This document shows, piece after piece, positions 45,662-46,948 of a DNA stretch of 46,948 nucleotides. The stretch lies in the IMG/VR virus record IMGVR_UViG_3300010048_000006, positions 1 through 46,948 of that record. One strand, given 5' to 3'. Position 1 is the stretch's first letter. Each line of letters opens with the position of its first letter. This DNA comes from a virus. Lineage: Duplodnaviria; Caudoviricetes. The notes below the pieces were generated by a model. The model saw only the letters and a list, made by a program, of their open reading frames with translations, was not told where the DNA came from and did not search any database. The translations under genes were made by a program, and so were the position numbers.

Positions 45662-45874
45662 ATGAACACTACGCAACGAAGAGTGTCTATCATGGAGGCA
45701 CGGACATTACAGCAAGAAGGTGTTTGGATTCCGAATCCTCAATATGACGAGTCTCTTGTAGGCACATCGGCAGAACAACCAAAGCAAATCTTCAAAGCTA
45801 AATACATAATCCACTGGCGACCAGAACCATATTTACCAGAGGAAAAGCAATACGCTTTGGTGCGCGAGGCATAA
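45662..45874 (+). CDS. Hypothetical protein
   Basis: GGAGGG RBS. Confidence 0.55.
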   Translation: MNTTQRRVSIMEARTLQQEGVWIPNPQYDESLVGTSAEQPKQIFKAKYIIHWRPEPYLPEEKQYALVREA

Positions 45875-45958
45875 CCCTCGCGCTACGCACAGTGAAACCA
45901 AACGCCACTACTCGGCGTCGGTCATAGACTCGGCGCGTATGCGCCATAAGGAGACACT

Positions 45959-46285
45959 ATGAGCGACACTAAGAGTAATGGAAACGGAAGCGTAGCAACC
46001 TTCGAAGAAGCTCACGGCGACGACTCTCACCTTCAAGTAATACTCGAACAAGAGAATTACGATCAAGTCATGAGCGTTGTCGAACGTGCCGCTGACCGTA
46101 AGGTCGGGGGCGGGTTTGAATACTGGCTTCGTCGTTGCATCCAAACTGGAGCGCAAACGATTGTCCGTCCGTGGAACGACAGGGATATCGTGACATTGAT
46201 GGCACAGGCGCAAAGAGGCGACAAAAAAGCAATGGAAAAGATTTTCAAACTTGTCCCAAACCTTGCGAAGGAACTCGGTCGGTAG
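45959..46285 (+). CDS. Hypothetical protein
   Basis: AAGGAG RBS. Confidence 0.7.
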   Translation: MSDTKSNGNGSVATFEEAHGDDSHLQVILEQENYDQVMSVVERAADRKVGGGFEYWLRRCIQTGAQTIVRPWNDRDIVTLMAQAQRGDKKAMEKIFKLVPNLAKELGR

Positions 46286-46382
46286 TAGGCAAGACAAGAC
46301 AAACAACGACCGACGCGTAGCAGTGGCGTTTGTAGGATGTTGTTTAGCGTCGTTTAGCGACGCTAGTAAAGGAGGCAAAGCC

Positions 46383-46691
46383 TTGAAATCGACCGACTGG
46401 AAGTCTATCCAGTACGTGTCGTCTGTGACAAGCGAACGCTATATCGGCAAAAAAGTAAGCGAAGCTTCTGAACATCGAAGCGCGGTTGTAACTGGCCTGC
46501 GAAGCAAGCCGAGCGCGTCAAGCGTTGAGGCGTTTGAAAAATACTTCGCAACAAAAACCGAATTCGTTTGCGGTCATGGCCGACTGTATTGGAAGGTTTG
46601 TAAAAACTGCCATCGCGACAAAGAGAGCGCAGCGCAGTGGTTTATTCGCCTGTTACCGCGTTTGAGCGAAATGTTCAATGTGTGTGGGTGA
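46383..46691 (+). CDS. Hypothetical protein with CxH...CxxC motif
   Basis: TTG start after AAGGAGG; CGHG...CKNC. Confidence 0.6.
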   Translation: MKSTDWKSIQYVSSVTSERYIGKKVSEASEHRSAVVTGLRSKPSASSVEAFEKYFATKTEFVCGHGRLYWKVCKNCHRDKESAAQWFIRLLPRLSEMFNVCG

Positions 46692-46735
46692 GAGTGTTTT
46701 CGGTTAAACCGTTTGTTTTGTTGTAGTTAAGCCAA

Positions 46736-46937
46736 CACACATACACACACTTGTGTGCCGGTGCCCTATGGGGGTGCATATATTCTCATTCTCGCACTGT
46801 CGTTGGGTTTGGTCTTTGAATTTTTATTTTTTTTTTTTCAATAAGAAATTCCAATTCAAAACCCAACCACTGTGAGAAAGCGGGCATGAGAATATGTGTA
46901 CCCCTATGGCACGCCGGTGCACAGGCCTGTATGTGTG
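46736..46937 (+). repeat. Long imperfect inverted repeat / hairpin with a poly-T loop
   Basis: About 95-nt arms pair through Watson-Crick and G:T pairs on the + strand. Confidence 0.85.
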
Positions 46938-46948
46938 CGTAAAGGCCG
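46826..46948. repeat. Terminal direct repeat, right copy
   Basis: Identical to 1-123. Confidence 0.95.

Noticed and set aside
1-46948. Integrase/repressor lysogeny module, tape measure or tail sheath, alternative genetic code
   Set aside because: No such motifs were seen, and the long ORFs are intact under the standard code.

Overview
The window looks like a complete, circularly assembled ~46.8 kb tailed dsDNA phage genome: bases 1-123 recur exactly at 46826-46948. It has two arms. The + strand arm (45662-end, continuing through 1-16840) holds early and replication genes: Zn-finger proteins, a J-domain protein, vWA, FtsK ATPase, a PD-(D/E)XK nuclease/Sak4-like/SSB recombination trio, a ParB-methyltransferase fusion, a UDG-fused family A polymerase, a DUF3987-like ATPase, GroES and an Nmad1-like protein. 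The - strand arm (45143 down to 16849) holds morphogenesis genes: terminase, portal, scaffold, capsid, podovirus-type tail and ejection proteins, and lysis candidates. I found no integrase, tape measure, tRNA or CRISPR array. The signal-peptide and ASH-type Ig proteins hint at a diderm, possibly Acidobacteriota-like, host (inference). The most unusual features are: (1) a Tat-signal protein that is a paralog of the C-terminal part of the phage's own major capsid protein; (2) a long, nested, pseudoknotted RNA-like structure that loops out an endonuclease VII gene just upstream of terL; (3) a 17-bp palindrome TGTTAAC-N3-GTTAACA dispersed at eight sites; (4) a ~200-nt G:U-rich hairpin at the genome junction; (5) Sec-signal, Cys-rich fibre-like genes in the tail module; (6) a PurD-like ATP-grasp/HAD fusion and a His762-type PolA. 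All calls come from reading motifs by eye; no database searches or folding programs were run.
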